Assembly: GCA_965267345.1 (NCBI GenBank)
Contig: OZ253947.1
Coordinates: 202,814 to 266,813, forward strand
Reading direction: 5' to 3'
Length of the DNA stretch: 64,000 nt
Source of the DNA: Minisyncoccota bacterium
GTDB lineage: Bacteria; Patescibacteriota; Minisyncoccia; Phycocordibacterales; UBA2100
In this document: positions 27,399 to 36,446 of the stretch, piece by piece
Position numbering within the stretch: position 1 is the first letter of the stretch
How the letters are laid out: each line of letters begins with the position of its first letter
The notes under the pieces: model-generated
The model's input: only the letters and a program-made list of their open reading frames with translations
What the model was told of the DNA's origin: nothing
The model's database searches: none
Program-made: the position numbers and the translations under genes

Positions 27399-27511
27399 TT
27401 TATGCACAAAGCATTTATAACGATCGGAAGTTGTTTGGTGCGTTTGGTTTGCTCGCGAAAAGGTGTGTAAAATTCTAATTATTTAATAGGCACATAGATA
27501 AAAATTGACGT

Positions 27512-28507
27512 ATGCAAAAAATTATTATTGGAGTAGTGGCTTTAGCACTGGTTGTTGGAGGAGGCCTCCTCCTGGCTAATGGTAATGGAACTGAACGACC
27601 ACTAGAAAACAAAGTAGGCGCCACTATTTTTCCGGTCTACGACATAGCGCGACAAATTGCAGGGGAGGAGTTTGAGGTAGTGCTGTTATTGCCTGCCGGA
27701 GCCTCACCGCATACCTTTGATCCGCAACCAAGTGTGGTGCGGGGTCTTGAAGGTGCGCGAGCAGTGTTTGCTATTGGCCATGGTTTGGACCAATGGTCTA
27801 AAAATTTGACAGATTCTCTTGATATTCCTCGTGTTGTTGTTGACGGTCATATTGAACTTAGGGAATCGCATCATGAGGAACACGGAGACGGACACAATGA
27901 CCACGGACATAACGATGATACACATGAGGACGGGCACCATGACCACACAGATGAGCATGAGGAGCATGAAGAAGGTGACCATGGACACGAGCACGGACCA
28001 ATTGATCCACACTACTGGCTTTCTCTTGAGAATGGGGCTCATATTGCAGAGAACATTGCCGAAGAACTCGGGAGGTTGGATAGTGAGAACAAAGCACTAT
28101 ATCAAGCACGCGCAGAAGCTTACGGCGCTGAGCTTGACTCGTTGCGCGATGAGTTGCGAGACGACCTTTCACCACTTGGCAATCGAAACATCATCTCACT
28201 TCACGATGCGTGGTTTTATTTTGCAGACGCGTTTAACTTGAGCATTGTTGGAACGTTTGCGCCGTCTGCGGGAAAGGAACCCACACCCCAGTACCTAGAG
28301 CGGTTACAAGAGGAAGTTCTTGAACAAGGGGTTCAGGTTATCTTCATCGAACCTCAGTTATCAACAGACTCTATTCGAGCTTTCGCAAATGATAACGCGC
28401 TTGACATCGCAGTACTTGATCCTCTTGGAGGAGTTGAGGGGCGACAAAGTTATATCGATCTGATGCGCTATAACGTAGAGCAAGTGGTATCAGCCCTCAA
28501 AGAGTAG
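27512..28507 (+). CDS. znuA: Zinc ABC transporter substrate-binding protein with His-rich loop
   Basis: TroA/ZnuA fold motifs ATIFPVYDIA, GASPHTFDP and DPHYW, plus a His/Asp/Glu-rich insert (HHEEHGDGHNDHGHNDDTHEDGHHDH...). N-terminal membrane anchor. Confidence 0.9.
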   Translation: MQKIIIGVVALALVVGGGLLLANGNGTERPLENKVGATIFPVYDIARQIAGEEFEVVLLLPAGASPHTFDPQPSVVRGLEGARAVFAIGHGLDQWSKNLTDSLDIPRVVVDGHIELRESHHEEHGDGHNDHGHNDDTHEDGHHDHTDEHEEHEEGDHGHEHGPIDPHYWLSLENGAHIAENIAEELGRLDSENKALYQARAEAYGAELDSLRDELRDDLSPLGNRNIISLHDAWFYFADAFNLSIVGTFAPSAGKEPTPQYLERLQEEVLEQGVQVIFIEPQLSTDSIRAFANDNALDIAVLDPLGGVEGRQSYIDLMRYNVEQVVSALKE

Positions 28508-28508
28508 A

Positions 28509-29222
28509 ATGAGTGAGACCATTATACAGCTTGATGATGTCTCCTTTGGCTATAGTAAGCGCGGTTTTATCGTAGAAGGGATTTCATTTGAGATCCCAGA
28601 GGGCTCGACGACCATGCTTATTGGTCCAAATGGTTCTGGAAAAACAACAGTGCTTAGGTTGATGGTTGGCTTGCTAAAGCCCGAAAAGGGAGTGGTGCAG
28701 GTTTTAGGGGGCACACCAAAAGCACAGCGTGCACAAATCGGGTATGTGCCGCAACGTCTTGATTTCGACAGAACATTCCCATTTACTGTTTTAGAATTTT
28801 TGCGATACTCTCATCGCGAAACTCACGCCGAAGAAATACTTGCCCTGCTGGAGAAACTCGGCGTACGCAAGCTTTCAGATGCTTTGATTGGGAATTTGTC
28901 GGGAGGTGAATTGCAGCGGGTGCTCATAGCCCGCGCGCTGTTGTCAGATCCGAAAGTCCTGTACCTCGATGAACCAATCAGTGGGATTGATGTTGGCGGC
29001 GAAAGAAATTTCTATGACCTGATCGCTGAAATTAAGCGCGAACGCAATATTACGATCGTAATGGTTTCGCATGAGCTACATGTGGTGAGCAAAATAGCAA
29101 CTCAGGTTATCTGTATCAATCGGAAAATGTGCTGCAGCGGTGAGCCAAGTACGGTACTCGTTCCAGAAGTACTGGAGGAAATGTATGGTAGAGAAGTGTC
29201 GGTGTACCACCACAACGTATGA
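28509..29222 (+). CDS. znuC: Zinc ABC transporter ATP-binding protein
   Basis: GPNGSGKTT, LSGGELQRV and LYLDEP. Confidence 0.9.
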   Translation: MSETIIQLDDVSFGYSKRGFIVEGISFEIPEGSTTMLIGPNGSGKTTVLRLMVGLLKPEKGVVQVLGGTPKAQRAQIGYVPQRLDFDRTFPFTVLEFLRYSHRETHAEEILALLEKLGVRKLSDALIGNLSGGELQRVLIARALLSDPKVLYLDEPISGIDVGGERNFYDLIAEIKRERNITIVMVSHELHVVSKIATQVICINRKMCCSGEPSTVLVPEVLEEMYGREVSVYHHNV

Positions 29223-30034
29223 TTGATATTTTCCAGTTAGAATTTATGCAACGAGCGTTTATTGCAGGACTGGCGCTTGCACCACTGCTGTCTGTGCTTG
29301 GTGCCTTTGCGACGCTGCGAAAGATGTCCTTTTTTTCTGAAGGAGTAGCGCATGCCTCCTTGCTCGGGGTAGCGTTAGCAATCATAGCCGGTGTAGTGCC
29401 TTTTTATGGTGCACTTGTGATCGGACTAGTTCTCGGGGTAGTGATATTCATCCTAGAGCGTTATACAAAAATAGCCTCAGATGCAACTATCGGTATTATT
29501 TTTACGACCGGAATGGCGCTTGGAATCTTACTCATTTCGCTAGAGCCAGGATATCAGCCCGACCTCATTAGTTTTCTGTTCGGGAACATTCTTGCTGTGA
29601 GCTGGGGTGATGTATGGACGATAGTTGTGTTGTCGTCCGTAATACTTTTCTCTGTCTATCTGTTCTATAAACAGTTAGCATTATTGGCATTTTCTGAGGA
29701 AATTGCGTGGACGTCTGGATCAAACACCACGTCTTTGAATCTGCTTTTCTACGCCCTGCTTTCATTAGCAACAGTGCTTGGGGTGAAGCTACTGGGGATC
29801 ATCCTTGTGAGTGCCCTTTTAATTGCTCCAGCTGTTTCCTCAAGAGTTCTCACGACTTCTTTTAATTCGTATGTATTTCTCTCGGTACTATTTTCAGTTG
29901 TTTCCTTTGTCGTTGGACTTCTTTCTTCCTACTATCTCGACATACCGTCAGGGGCTTCAATTGTTCTTACTGCGACGCTCCTTTTCGGCTTAGTTCTTTT
30001 GATTAAGCCGTTCACACAACGATTGCCACACTGA
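29219..30034 (+). CDS. znuB: Zinc ABC transporter permease (ABC-3 family)
   Basis: 8-TM ABC-3 permease that overlaps znuC by 4 nt. Confidence 0.9.
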   Translation: MIDIFQLEFMQRAFIAGLALAPLLSVLGAFATLRKMSFFSEGVAHASLLGVALAIIAGVVPFYGALVIGLVLGVVIFILERYTKIASDATIGIIFTTGMALGILLISLEPGYQPDLISFLFGNILAVSWGDVWTIVVLSSVILFSVYLFYKQLALLAFSEEIAWTSGSNTTSLNLLFYALLSLATVLGVKLLGIILVSALLIAPAVSSRVLTTSFNSYVFLSVLFSVVSFVVGLLSSYYLDIPSGASIVLTATLLFGLVLLIKPFTQRLPH

Positions 30035-30168
30035 TCAAAAAAGTACTTAAATTAAAATGAGACTGGAACTGGACTGGCTCGCGTGGAAGGACGCTTTTCG
30101 AACATACAGATGGCAGGACGTTTTTTCAGAACCTCAAAATACCATTGAGCAGATAAGCGACTTAGTTG

Positions 30169-30552
30169 CTATTGCTCAATAACGGCCTTTAGTTTTTCTA
30201 GCACCTCTTGAGTGAACGGATTTTCTAATTCTCCTTGGTCTACCCACTCAAAATACTCCATCTCAGTTTTATTATCGTTGAGCGATTTGTAGGTATATCG
30301 CACATTGTAGTTTTTATCAGATTTCTGAAGAGTGAAGATTTTGTCTTTTTCGTATTCAGTTACGTAGTAAGTATCCCAAACTCCACTTTCGTCACAGTTC
30401 CTGTATTCCGTCCCTATTTTTGTGGGGCTAGTATCTCGCTGTTCTTCAATCAGTCCATCAATCCAAAGAGGTGTGTTGTTAGGGTTGGTGGTGAATTCAA
30501 AAACTTCGGAAATTGGCCTATCTATTTTTGTTGAAACTTTGTTTTCTTTCAT
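30169..30552 (-). CDS. SRPBCC (Bet v1/polyketide-cyclase-like) protein
   Basis: 127 aa. MKENKVSTKIDRPISEVFEFTTNPNNTPLWIDG... is a typical SRPBCC N-terminus. Confidence 0.6.
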   Translation of the reverse strand: MKENKVSTKIDRPISEVFEFTTNPNNTPLWIDGLIEEQRDTSPTKIGTEYRNCDESGVWDTYYVTEYEKDKIFTLQKSDKNYNVRYTYKSLNDNKTEMEYFEWVDQGELENPFTQEVLEKLKAVIEQ

Positions 30553-31055
30553 ACATTTTTCTGATCAGCAAATCTGCCTTTTTCATGTTTTATCTCGGGA
30601 GCAAGAGGGTTTTTATTTCTTTCTTGCATTGATTGAGGAACTTGATCATAAGGGACGAGATGTACCCCTAAAGAAACAAGAGATTGTCTAATGTTCTCAA
30701 TCTTTTCTTCTTTTAGTGTAGGAACTTCAGAATAAGAGACGAGTTCGCCCTCTAACTTTTCAGGGCTTTCTTCGAAATATGAGCCATCTAGTTCATAAAG
30801 AAATCCTGCGTTGTTGAGTAAAGCTAGCTTGCCCTCCTGAAGTTTATCTACATACATTTCACCATTGTCAGAAAAAGAGACAGCTAGTTCGTCACCTGTT
30901 CCGTAGATCATGGCGATTGCGTATCTTTTGTCAGCAGTAGCAAAAACTACCCCTCTCCCATCTACTGCCTTGTGTGGAGTTGGTTTGAAGGTTTGAATGT
31001 TGCCAACCCTTGATCCATGATATACGTTCATACTATGAATTTTATCAAAACCCAT
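30549..31055 (-). CDS. Hypothetical protein (168 aa), island cargo
   Basis: No homology recognised (MNVYHGSRVGNIQTFKP...GRGVVFATADKRYAIAMIYG). Overlaps the SRPBCC gene by 4 nt. Confidence 0.5.
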   Translation of the reverse strand: MGFDKIHSMNVYHGSRVGNIQTFKPTPHKAVDGRGVVFATADKRYAIAMIYGTGDELAVSFSDNGEMYVDKLQEGKLALLNNAGFLYELDGSYFEESPEKLEGELVSYSEVPTLKEEKIENIRQSLVSLGVHLVPYDQVPQSMQERNKNPLAPEIKHEKGRFADQKNV

Positions 31056-31169
31056 AACTCAAAGCACGTTTTCTCAAAAGTCGCAGTAATCCTTTGTTGC
31101 TATAATGTATACAGCGCACAGGTAGTAGTCGCGCTTTGTGACGCTCGTTAGAAGTAATTGATATTGCGT

Positions 31170-31385
31170 ATGGCACACATAAAAGGAAATCGTGATGGTA
31201 AGGGCGGTAGAAACGAAACCTACCAAATTGGTTCACGAAAAAAAGTTGCTCGTAAGACAGCCGTAAAAGAGGTCAAACAAGGAAAGCACCCTGACGCACA
31301 TGTCTACAAGAGAGGAAGACAGGAATATGTTCGAGACAATCCTGACTACTCGAAGAAGGACAATGTAAACAGGAAAAAGAGGTAA
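31170..31385 (+). CDS. Small basic protein, hypothetical
   Basis: 71 aa, K/R/G-rich, contains a KGG motif. Weak evidence. Confidence 0.3.
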   Translation: MAHIKGNRDGKGGRNETYQIGSRKKVARKTAVKEVKQGKHPDAHVYKRGRQEYVRDNPDYSKKDNVNRKKR

Positions 31386-31495
31386 ATGGAAAAGTTACTG
31401 GCTTAGATAGAGCTTGCTTGAAAAGAGATAAGATTGAGTTGCGGTCATTTTGAAACAGCGATCGAAAAGTAACACCTCCCAAAGAAAAGTCCCAT

Positions 31496-31684
31496 CTATT
31501 GTTGGGACTTTTCTTTTTTCTTAGCTCTTTTTCGATCAATCCACGAAGCCCCTAAAAAGAGGGTTAGGATCAACAATGGCGGAAAAAGTATCCCAATGAC
31601 CAAACTGCCCCAAAAGTTCTTTTTCAACTCTTTATCAGACATTCTCCTTGGCTTGAACCAAGAAGTTTTTTCTTCTTTATTCAT
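31496..31684 (-). CDS. Small membrane protein, hypothetical
   Basis: Start MNKEEKTSWFKPRR. One TM (GSLVIGILFPPLLILTLFLGASW) and a K-rich tail. Confidence 0.35.
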   Translation of the reverse strand: MNKEEKTSWFKPRRMSDKELKKNFWGSLVIGILFPPLLILTLFLGASWIDRKRAKKKEKSQQ

Positions 31685-31918
31685 ATTGTTCGCGTAGGTT
31701 TTACTTGTAATGATTGTGAGCAGGCAACAGAAAAGGCCACACAACTCACACCGATAGCTCCTTTCAGAACTACCCGACACCCTTTCGGGTGAAGACCTAC
31801 GCGAATAAGTGGCGGTTTATGTGGCCGTCTCTATTCGCGTAGGATTTATGTCACCATGCCTTCAGAAATCTGAAGGGTTAGGTTTGTAAATACATTATAT
31901 CAAATCTCGCCCCCACCT

Positions 31919-33010
31919 CTAGCTCGTAGAATTCTGCTCCTGCCTTACAAAAAACTGTACGGCATGTGGGTTATGCAGATGAACTAAGTATGTTTTTACT
32001 GACCTCTTCTTTCCTCGTACAAAAATTTTTCCAGAAAATCTGTATTGCTTCTTTGTAATAAGATCTTCGTGTTCAGCATGTACAGCCCTACATACCTTGT
32101 TCATAAAACTCCAATTTTTGATTTTGGCACTACCAATTACGTAGATGTTCTCACATGCTTCATGTATTGACCCTCTAATTCTTGAGGCATGAAGTTCAAC
32201 ATCGTTACGATCTCGAGTAGCTTTTGAAGCAACAATTTTTATCGTACATCGTGTATATTTTCCCCTGAATGTCTCTTCTACTGATGTGTCTCCAACTTCT
32301 CTCTGAGAAAAGTTTTCGAGAAATTTGATCAGGTCATTCACTTCTACTATGATCTCTTGGTTTGGCTTTTCAAGAAAAACCTTAGAACCTAATGTTGAAA
32401 GCTCCTGTACTAAAATTGGGAAAAACACACCCAATTCTTGTATTTTTTCAAATTGCTTGATGAGTAATCTCAGATCGTCATCTTGGGTAAGGTTAGGAAC
32501 AATATAGTCGTTCATAAATTGTTCGAGCGCTGAAGGGTATTCGTCTTTCAGGATTTGTTGTGTTGCGTAAAGATCCAAAGATTTCTTTTGTTTCTTTGAA
32601 AGATGTCTCTTCGATCTGTTTAGTAAAGTTTCAGAGGTGAAAATATAGGTAGCATGTACGAAATTCTTTGTTTTATGTTTTCTGTCACGCATAACGACTA
32701 TGACTTCATCCTCATCCCACACCAAACCCTCGTCTTCCTCATTTCCAATCCAGTGTACTTTTACTCTTGGGAAAGATGTAGTAGTGTTTGTCTCGACAGA
32801 TCTAACAAATGAATTTACCCGACCTTCAATGTCATTCTTTATTGCAAGGTATTCTGCTTTCTTCCAAAATAAACTGACAAATTCCCAGAACATTGCTAAC
32901 CACTTTTTTACTTTGTCAGGATTTTTGAAAATGACATAGACAACAATAAGGGTCAGTACTACCCCCGCGGAAAAACTAGATAAAAGTTGTACAATACCTT
33001 GTTCAATCAT
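31919..33010 (-). CDS. Membrane-anchored 363-aa protein of unknown function (island cargo)
   Basis: N-terminal TM (IVQLLSSFSAGVVLTLIVVYVIF), then a ~330-aa cytoplasmic K/E-rich domain. Translationally coupled (ATGA overlap) to the upstream zinc-ribbon gene. Confidence 0.6.
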   Translation of the reverse strand: MIEQGIVQLLSSFSAGVVLTLIVVYVIFKNPDKVKKWLAMFWEFVSLFWKKAEYLAIKNDIEGRVNSFVRSVETNTTTSFPRVKVHWIGNEEDEGLVWDEDEVIVVMRDRKHKTKNFVHATYIFTSETLLNRSKRHLSKKQKKSLDLYATQQILKDEYPSALEQFMNDYIVPNLTQDDDLRLLIKQFEKIQELGVFFPILVQELSTLGSKVFLEKPNQEIIVEVNDLIKFLENFSQREVGDTSVEETFRGKYTRCTIKIVASKATRDRNDVELHASRIRGSIHEACENIYVIGSAKIKNWSFMNKVCRAVHAEHEDLITKKQYRFSGKIFVRGKKRSVKTYLVHLHNPHAVQFFVRQEQNSTS

Positions 33011-33270
33011 AGCTTTTTCTTTCTTTCATCAAGGTATTCTGTTAGTGAAGTGATACACTCGGGATCATCACAAATCATATTTATTGCCCCAGATTGAGGC
33101 AAAATTGAGTACAAATTTTCATTCGTTATTTGTTTGCCACAGAACTTACAATTTTTCTTGCCAGAGTCAAAATCCTCTTTTGCCCCCATTTTGCCAAGAA
33201 GTGTATCTAGGTCTCTTTCGTGTACAGTGTTCAATTTTCTTTTATCGGTTTCGTCCATAAAGTTTTCCAC
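33007..33270 (-). CDS. Small zinc-ribbon protein (87 aa), first gene of two-gene operon
   Basis: CKFCGKQ, 22 aa, ICDDPEC. Acidic N-terminus. Confidence 0.55.
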   Translation of the reverse strand: MENFMDETDKRKLNTVHERDLDTLLGKMGAKEDFDSGKKNCKFCGKQITNENLYSILPQSGAINMICDDPECITSLTEYLDERKKKL

Positions 33271-33597
33271 ACCTTTCTGTTTACAAATGTGTGTTGATAC
33301 AATCCATTATACCCCTAAAACAAAGGATTTCATACTGCTAGCAGGATACTTGTCTCACTCTATTTAGCTTTATTGTAACGTTGTTTATCTGTTATAATAG
33401 ATACACAATCGAATATGGTTTAGTTTTTGAGGGCTTTATGCCATTCCGCTGACCTATCAAATAAATCAGCGAGCAAACTTTTTTGAATTCCGAAAATTGA
33501 ACACTCAACTATCTTTGGATTTTTGGTGTTTAGCTTTCGGGATTTTCTTATTGAAGCAATCGTCCAGGTCCAAGATCTTGGTCGATTGTTTTGTTTT

Positions 33598-33783
33598 ATG
33601 GCAAGCACAGAACTTACAAAAGAGTTTCAGCAAGTCCTCTACAAAGAAATTGGGTTGGAACTTGATGATAAAGAAGCAAGCAAGATACTTTCTAATCTTG
33701 TGAGCTACTTTGATTTGCTTGCTCTATTGCACCACAGAGATCAAGTCAACGTCTCTGAAAACTCATACTCAAGAGGTAATTAG
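33598..33783 (+). CDS. Small hypothetical protein
   Basis: 61 aa from MASTELTKEF. A 17-24-nt stretch of its coding sequence is repeated just past its stop, in a direct repeat at 33629-33653 and 33782-33805. Confidence 0.3.
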   Translation: MASTELTKEFQQVLYKEIGLELDDKEASKILSNLVSYFDLLALLHHRDQVNVSENSYSRGN

Positions 33784-33997
33784 CAAGTCCTCTACAAAAA
33801 ACTGGCTAAACACCACATTGGTGTGCATATGACAGTTCCCTGCACTGAGTGACAACTTCTCAACAGGGAGACCTCATATGCACATCAATCACTGGAACTT
33901 GGTTGAAGTTTCTGGCGCGAGGGATGAAAAAGTCGAGAAACGACAAAAGAGTTATGAGAAATACATTACAAGCTAAATCCTATGAGGGATAAAGAAG

Positions 33998-34240
33998 TTG
34001 TTCATTATGAAAAAGTATACAAAAGAAGAAAAGTTGGCTCGCAAACAACTGAGGGTCAATGCAAATAAATATAAGGATAATTTACCCAGAGAAACCGTCT
34101 TGGTGCGAATAGATAAAAATTGGCACAAGGCACTCAAGATCTATGCTGTTGAGCAAGAGATGACAATGTCTCGGATCATAGATAGTTTCTGTGAACATTA
34201 TCTGGGTACTGAGAGGTACAAAGAAGTATGCAAAAAGTAA
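33998..34240 (+). CDS. Ribbon-helix-helix (CopG/Arc-like) DNA-binding protein
   Basis: TVLVRIDKNWHKALKIYAVEQEMTMSRIIDSF fits the beta-strand then helix RHH pattern. Confidence 0.5.
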   Translation: MFIMKKYTKEEKLARKQLRVNANKYKDNLPRETVLVRIDKNWHKALKIYAVEQEMTMSRIIDSFCEHYLGTERYKEVCKK

Positions 34241-34674
34241 CTCCAAACAACACCAATAAAAAGGTTGTATCTAAGCTACGCCATGAAGACGAATTTGCTT
34301 CGTTTGTTGTTTGGGTTGCAACACCAAAAGAGCTTCGAGACCCAAAAACACAGGCAGAGTTAGCTCAGAAGTTTGGAGTTGGGCAAGACACGCTTTCTGA
34401 CTGGAAGAAAAGAGATGGGTTCTATGAAAAGGTCGCGAAAGTGAGAAAGTCGTGGGGTCGAGACAGAACTCCTGATGTCATTCATGCACTTTACAGGAAC
34501 ATTATGAAAACAGGGTCAGTGCAAGGTGTAAAGCTATGGCTTCAGTATTTTGAAGATTGGATGGAGAAAACAAACAGCTATGACCCCGCGAATGATCCGA
34601 TACGGCAGTTGTCGGATAAGGAGCTGATGGCTGAGATACGCAAAGCACAAAACTTCTTTCGTAAGAAGGACTGA
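34228..34674 (+). CDS. HTH DNA-binding protein (possible recombination directionality factor or regulator)
   Basis: TQAELAQKFGVGQDTLSDWKKRDGF is a helix-turn-helix. It overlaps the RHH gene and sits immediately upstream of the recombinase. Confidence 0.55.
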   Translation: MQKVTPNNTNKKVVSKLRHEDEFASFVVWVATPKELRDPKTQAELAQKFGVGQDTLSDWKKRDGFYEKVAKVRKSWGRDRTPDVIHALYRNIMKTGSVQGVKLWLQYFEDWMEKTNSYDPANDPIRQLSDKELMAEIRKAQNFFRKKD

Positions 34675-34707
34675 TAAATTATCAATAAATAAACTATAAT
34701 TATATTT

Positions 34708-36285
34708 ATGAAGGCCGTAGTTTATGCACGAGTATCCTCAAAACCCCAACAAGACACAGGGTATTCTTTGCCTGCACAAAGAAAACTGGCAAACGAATAT
34801 GCAGACAGGAAGAGTATCGATATCGCAAAGATTTTTTCTATCGCTGAAAGCGCTAGTGGAAAACGGGAACGACAGGTTTTTGCAGAGATGATTGAGTACA
34901 TGAAAAAACATGACATCAACAATCTTTTATGTGAAAAGGTTGACCGATTGACACGAAACCTAAAAGAGGCCGTTACAATAAATGAATGGCTTGAGCAAGA
35001 CAAAAGACGTCAAGTACATTTTGTAAAACAGAACCTAGTTATCCATCAAAATTCAAAGTCGGATGAGAAATTTCGCTGGGATATTGAAATTGTTTTGGCA
35101 AAGAAATTCATTGCCAACCTGTCAGAGGAAGTGAAGAAAGGTCAGCGTGCAAAAATTGAAGCAGGTTGGCTACCAACAAAGCCACCTTTGGGATATAAGA
35201 CCATTGGAGAAAAGGGGCACAAAATTCATGTTGTAGATGAAGATGTCGCACCTTTTATCAAAAAGATGTTTGAACTGTACGATACAGGAAACTACTCAAC
35301 TCGAGAACTAGGTAGAAAAATGTTTGAGCTAGGATTACGAAATAGGAACAGTCGTGAAGTTGGAAAAAGTAGGATTTACGATCTTCTATCTGATCCTTTC
35401 TATTATGGAGATATGAGGTGGAATGGCGAAATCTACAGAGGTAAGCAAGAACCACTGATATCAAAGGAGTTGTTTCAGTCAGTACAAAGTAAGTTGAACA
35501 GAAAAATGAGTAGCCCTTACTTCAGCAAGCACAATCCTGTGTATAAGGGAAAGATCAATTGTGGTGAGTGTGGACGAAGAGTTAGTTGGGAAAAACAGAA
35601 AGGTACTTGGTATGGAGGGTGTAAAAACTGCAAAGCGCAGTTAGGAAGCAAAAAATATATTAGGCAAGATGAGGTAGACAAAGAGATAATGCAAAAGATC
35701 CTAGAGATTGCACCCAAGAATGACAAAATACTTTCGATACTTGAACGCGCATTGAAGGAAGATCATCAAAAGGAAATTGATCTCCATAAAGCTCAAAAAA
35801 CGGAGCTAGAAAGGTCTTTGAACCAAATAGATAGAAAGATGGCTCTAATGTACGATGATCGGCTCTCAGAGCGAATTACCCCTGAAGTGTATGACACCAA
35901 CTTCAAGATACTCAAAGATCAAGAGCGTGACCTTTTGCGACAACAAAAACGTCTTCAGGAAGACAAAAGTGCTTATTATGAAGCAGGTTATTCAATACAC
36001 CTCCTTGCGTCTAAGGCAAAAGATATTTATGCAAGCAAAAAAGTCACCACCGAAGAGAGGAGATTGCTTTTGAATTACGTATTTTCGAACTTGTCCATAA
36101 AGCAAGGAAAACTAACACCAGAATACACAGAAGCATTCAAATTCATGCAGGAATGGACACCACGCCTAAATGCGAGTTTCGAACTTCAAAAAAGTGTTGT
36201 GAACAAAGGGCTAAATATCACTTTTAGCATACCTCGTCCTGTCTTGCTCCGCGGGCAGGATTCGAACCTACGACCTACCGGTTAA
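34708..36285 (+). CDS. Large serine recombinase (resolvase/invertase N-domain + recombinase domain + zinc ribbon + coiled coil)
   Basis: AVVYARVSSKPQQ holds the catalytic Ser. DRLTRN, a recombinase domain, a CGECGRR...CKNC zinc ribbon and a C-terminal coiled coil. The last ~13 codons read through the tRNA-Asn sequence. Confidence 0.9.
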   Translation: MKAVVYARVSSKPQQDTGYSLPAQRKLANEYADRKSIDIAKIFSIAESASGKRERQVFAEMIEYMKKHDINNLLCEKVDRLTRNLKEAVTINEWLEQDKRRQVHFVKQNLVIHQNSKSDEKFRWDIEIVLAKKFIANLSEEVKKGQRAKIEAGWLPTKPPLGYKTIGEKGHKIHVVDEDVAPFIKKMFELYDTGNYSTRELGRKMFELGLRNRNSREVGKSRIYDLLSDPFYYGDMRWNGEIYRGKQEPLISKELFQSVQSKLNRKMSSPYFSKHNPVYKGKINCGECGRRVSWEKQKGTWYGGCKNCKAQLGSKKYIRQDEVDKEIMQKILEIAPKNDKILSILERALKEDHQKEIDLHKAQKTELERSLNQIDRKMALMYDDRLSERITPEVYDTNFKILKDQERDLLRQQKRLQEDKSAYYEAGYSIHLLASKAKDIYASKKVTTEERRLLLNYVFSNLSIKQGKLTPEYTEAFKFMQEWTPRLNASFELQKSVVNKGLNITFSIPRPVLLRGQDSNLRPTG

Positions 36286-36318
36286 CAGCCGGTTGCTCTA
36301 CCGCTGAGCTACCGCGGA
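36247..36318 (-). tRNA. tRNA-Asn (anticodon GTT)
   Basis: The reverse complement reads TCCGCGGTAGCTCAGCGGTAGAGCAACCGGCTGTTAACCGGTAGGTCGTAGGTTCGAATCCTGCCCGCGGAG. It forms a cloverleaf with a 7-bp acceptor stem, T-loop GGTTCGAATCC and anticodon loop CTGTTAA. CCA is not encoded. Confidence 0.85.
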
Positions 36319-36431
36319 ATGTGTTTCGCGCGGTATGCTCAGCGAGCTGAGCCCTGCCTGCCGGCAGGTACCGCGGAATACTGTTCAAAACGAACTGTCG
36401 TATTGTACACAACGGGGGTGCATTTTCAACG

Positions 36432-36446
36432 TGGTATACTGCAGGT
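36432..36446 (+). promoter_or_regulatory. Extended -10 promoter TGGTATACT, 6 nt upstream of PEBP ATG (leaderless)
   Basis: GTGGTATACTGCAGGT-ATG. The same 12-mer GTGGTATACTGC recurs upstream of the sRNA candidate, mreB and parB, and GGTATACTG recurs upstream of frr. Confidence 0.45.

Larger units (their letters stand above)
30035..36246. mobile_element. AT-rich genomic island / putative integrative element bounded by tRNA-Asn and carrying a large serine recombinase
   Basis: Abrupt drop in GC right after the znuB stop. The encoded proteins are K/N/E/I-rich. A recombinase gene sits at the tRNA-proximal end with its 3' end overlapping the tRNA 3' half. RHH and HTH genes lie next to the recombinase. 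I found no clean attR direct repeat by eye. Confidence 0.5.

Noticed and set aside
30085-30140. Possible attR: TTCGAAC and GGCAGGA 7-mers resembling the tRNA-Asn T-arm region at the far end of the island
   Set aside because: The order and spacing differ from the tRNA sequence and there is no contiguous match of 10 nt or more. It is likely coincidence. The island boundary on this side is inferred from composition only.
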